Shown: positions 58,192 to 60,345 of the stretch, in pieces
How the letters are laid out: each line of letters starts with the position of its first letter
Numbering within the stretch: position 1 is the stretch's first letter
Origin: a bacterium
GTDB taxonomy: Bacteria > Blakebacterota > Blakebacteria > Blakebacterales > JAWOFN01
Assembly (NCBI GenBank): GCA_046497505.1
Contig: JAWOFN010000010.1
Span: forward strand, 1 to 60,345
Direction of reading: 5' to 3'
Length of the DNA stretch: 60,345 nt
Notes under the pieces: generated by a model
Database searches by the model: none
Told to the model about the DNA's origin: nothing
Seen by the model: the letters and a program-made list of their open reading frames with translations, nothing else
Position numbers and translations under genes: made by a program

Positions 58192-60345
58192 TTGAACAGA
58201 CTCTTACGCGCGCGAGCAGATGCCCGTACCGCACGCGCGGGCACAATCCTGGCCCTGGCCAGCATCGCCTCCCTCGGTCTCCTGACATCGGCGGCCGTCT
58301 CCGATGATCGCCCGATGCCGGGGGGTGGACCCGGGGGTTCCCCCCGACCATCGCCGATCCACCAGGCCCCCCCGACCCTGCATTGGCCCGCCCGGGCGGA
58401 ACCGGCCATGACCTCTTCCTTCGGCGAGTTCCGGCCGGGACACATCCACGCCGGCCTCGACGTGAAGACGTGGGGACGCATCGGTGTGCCCATGCTGGCG
58501 GTGAGCGACGGGTGGATCCGGAGGGTCCGGACCTCACCCTGGGGGTACGGGAAGGCCCTCTACCTGCAGCTGCTGGATGGCCGGACGGCGGTGTACGCCC
58601 ATCTCGACCGCTTCACCGATGGGCTGGAGGAGCGGGTATGGGCGCAGCAGGTCAGAGCGGGACGCTACAGCGTCGACGTATGGTTCGAAGAGGGGGTCTT
58701 CCCCGTCTCATCCGGCGACGTCGTGGCCTTCAGCGGACAGACCGGGACCTCCGCGCCCCACTTGCATTTCGAGCTGCGCGATGACAGGAACGCCCCCCTG
58801 AACCCGCTCCGGAACGGCCTTCGTGTGGAGGACACGCTGCCGCCGGTCATCACCTACCTCGTTGTCCGCCCCGTAGGGGCCGGCAGCCGGGTGGAGGGTG
58901 ATATCCGGGTACGCCGGTTCGGCCGCCGGGTCCGGGGAGATGCCTACCTCCTCCAGGGGCGTCCCGAGATCGAAGGGGAGGCGGCCCTGGCCCTCGCTGC
59001 CTATGACCGTATGGATGGGGTGTGGAACCGCTTCAGCCCCTACCGACTCACTCTCCTGGTGGACGGGGAGCAGCGTTTCGAGGTCCGCTACGACCGGTTC
59101 AGTTACGAGGGGAGCGGGCTCATCGACCTGGACCGGGACTACCGCTACCGGGTCCGGGAAGGGGTGCAGGCACATACTCTCTACCGGCAGGAGGGGAACG
59201 ACCTGCCCTTCTACGGGGATGTGCCCGAAGGTGCAGGCTACCTGAAGGACCTCTCACCGGGCATCCACCGGATCACGGTGGTGGCCGCCGACGCCTCCGG
59301 GAACGAGAGCCGCCTGGAAGGAGAGGTGCTGGTCAACCGGGCCCCGGTGCTGACGGAGGTGAACACTGCGGGGACCGATCCGAGGCCGGACCAGCTCAGA
59401 TTCCGGGTCACCGATCCCGACGGAGACGCGATGGAGGTCGCCGCCCAGGTCCTTCGTGCCGCGGCCGACGGTGTGGAGGGGGGCGGTCCGGCCGGGCCGA
59501 GGAACCCGATCGGACTCCGGGAGACGATCTGGACGGACGCCCCCGGGGGGTGGCTCCAGGAAGAGGAAGACGGTCTCTACAGGGTGGGACCGGGGGAGTC
59601 CGATCAGGCGGCTGGGAGCGCCCTGGCAGTGAGGATCACCGCCCGGGACCGGTGGGGACGCACCACCGTGGGGGAGCCCTGTCCCCTCCCGGGTGTCTCG
59701 GGGAGGGGAGGGTATCTGCCCCCGGACGTCCACCTGGAGGTGGAACGATACGAGGGCTTCCTCCGCCTCTTCGCACGGACCGCACCCGACCTCCCCGGTC
59801 GCCTGCGCTTCTTCGTGCGCCAGGAGGGCCTGTTGGAGACCGTCACCCCCGGGAGGAAGGGGCAGGGAGGGTTCGAGGGGGTATATGCCCTGCGGCAGGC
59901 TCCGGGTGTCGAGGTGCGGGTGCAGGCCCGGTTCGAGCCGCTGGCCGGCCCTTCGGGGACGGCCGAGAAGCACCTGAGGATCCGCGCGATCGGGCATGAT
60001 TCTGGGGCGCGCTTCATCTCCGCCGACGGGGGATTGACCCTCTCGGTCCCGGAGGGTGCGCTCTACAGCCGGGCCTTCATCCAGGAGATGGCGCCCCCCA
60101 CCGCCGCCGGAGGAGGAGGTGATCAGGGTCTGGTCCCGCTCAGCCCGGTCTACGCCATGGGTCCCGAGGACCTTCCTTTCCGTGGCCGATCGATACTGAC
60201 CCTGCGGACCCGGCCCCTCCCCGAGGGGGTGGAGGCGGAGCAGACGGCGCTCTACACCCGGAGCGGACCGGGGGGGCGATGGGTCCACCTGGGGGGTGCT
60301 CTGAGGGGCGACCGCCTGGAGGCGCGGGTCGGCGGTCTGGGGCCC
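58192..60345 (+). CDS. M23 family metallopeptidase (partial; runs off the window)
   Basis: Frame absent from the ORF track, apparently because it has no stop in the window. Signal-like N-terminus, TSSFGEFRPGHIHAGLD (HxxxD), GYGKALY, YAHL and APHLHFELR (HxH). TTG start is tentative. Confidence 0.9.
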   Translation, partial: MNRLLRARADARTARAGTILALASIASLGLLTSAAVSDDRPMPGGGPGGSPRPSPIHQAPPTLHWPARAEPAMTSSFGEFRPGHIHAGLDVKTWGRIGVPMLAVSDGWIRRVRTSPWGYGKALYLQLLDGRTAVYAHLDRFTDGLEERVWAQQVRAGRYSVDVWFEEGVFPVSSGDVVAFSGQTGTSAPHLHFELRDDRNAPLNPLRNGLRVEDTLPPVITYLVVRPVGAGSRVEGDIRVRRFGRRVRGDAYLLQGRPEIEGEAALALAAYDRMDGVWNRFSPYRLTLLVDGEQRFEVRYDRFSYEGSGLIDLDRDYRYRVREGVQAHTLYRQEGNDLPFYGDVPEGAGYLKDLSPGIHRITVVAADASGNESRLEGEVLVNRAPVLTEVNTAGTDPRPDQLRFRVTDPDGDAMEVAAQVLRAAADGVEGGGPAGPRNPIGLRETIWTDAPGGWLQEEEDGLYRVGPGESDQAAGSALAVRITARDRWGRTTVGEPCPLPGVSGRGGYLPPDVHLEVERYEGFLRLFARTAPDLPGRLRFFVRQEGLLETVTPGRKGQGGFEGVYALRQAPGVEVRVQARFEPLAGPSGTAEKHLRIRAIGHDSGARFISADGGLTLSVPEGALYSRAFIQEMAPPTAAGGGGDQGLVPLSPVYAMGPEDLPFRGRSILTLRTRPLPEGVEAEQTALYTRSGPGGRWVHLGGALRGDRLEARVGGLGP

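Overview
High-GC (roughly 65-70% by eye) chromosomal segment of a diderm bacterium. The LptD-like protein, Bacteroidota-type GlmU-like protein, bshA/bshB1 and rplM-rpsI-rpsB-tsf-pyrH-frr gene order suggest an FCB-group lineage (inference). Most of the window is housekeeping: thiSGE/thiO, purC, purM, thrC, alaX, fbp, bacillithiol genes, hup, pyrRBC, translation genes, a complete shikimate operon, corA, a ppiD-like gene and a partial M23 peptidase. Four things stand out. (1) A low-GC cluster at about 41.7-46.1 kb holds a conserved hypothetical protein, an unlisted 19-aa peptide ORF (MFFKLMLALLVALQTKTNW) enclosed in an 18-bp long-range RNA stem, a membrane HD-GYP protein, purM and an orphan histidine kinase with a homologous membrane sensor domain. 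This is a candidate peptide-signalling or attenuation system. (2) An unlisted 58-aa bacterial histone-fold gene lies at 9717-9893. (3) An accessory patch at 31.3-37.5 kb has two VapBC-type TA modules flanking a 3' tRNA-Met remnant, plus an unusual HExxH/M23-like/TPR protein. (4) At about nt 100 an HD-domain gene is joined to a xanthine-dehydrogenase-family fragment. No CRISPR array, rRNA, intact tRNA, integrase or transposase was seen. All family calls come from motif recognition, not database searches.
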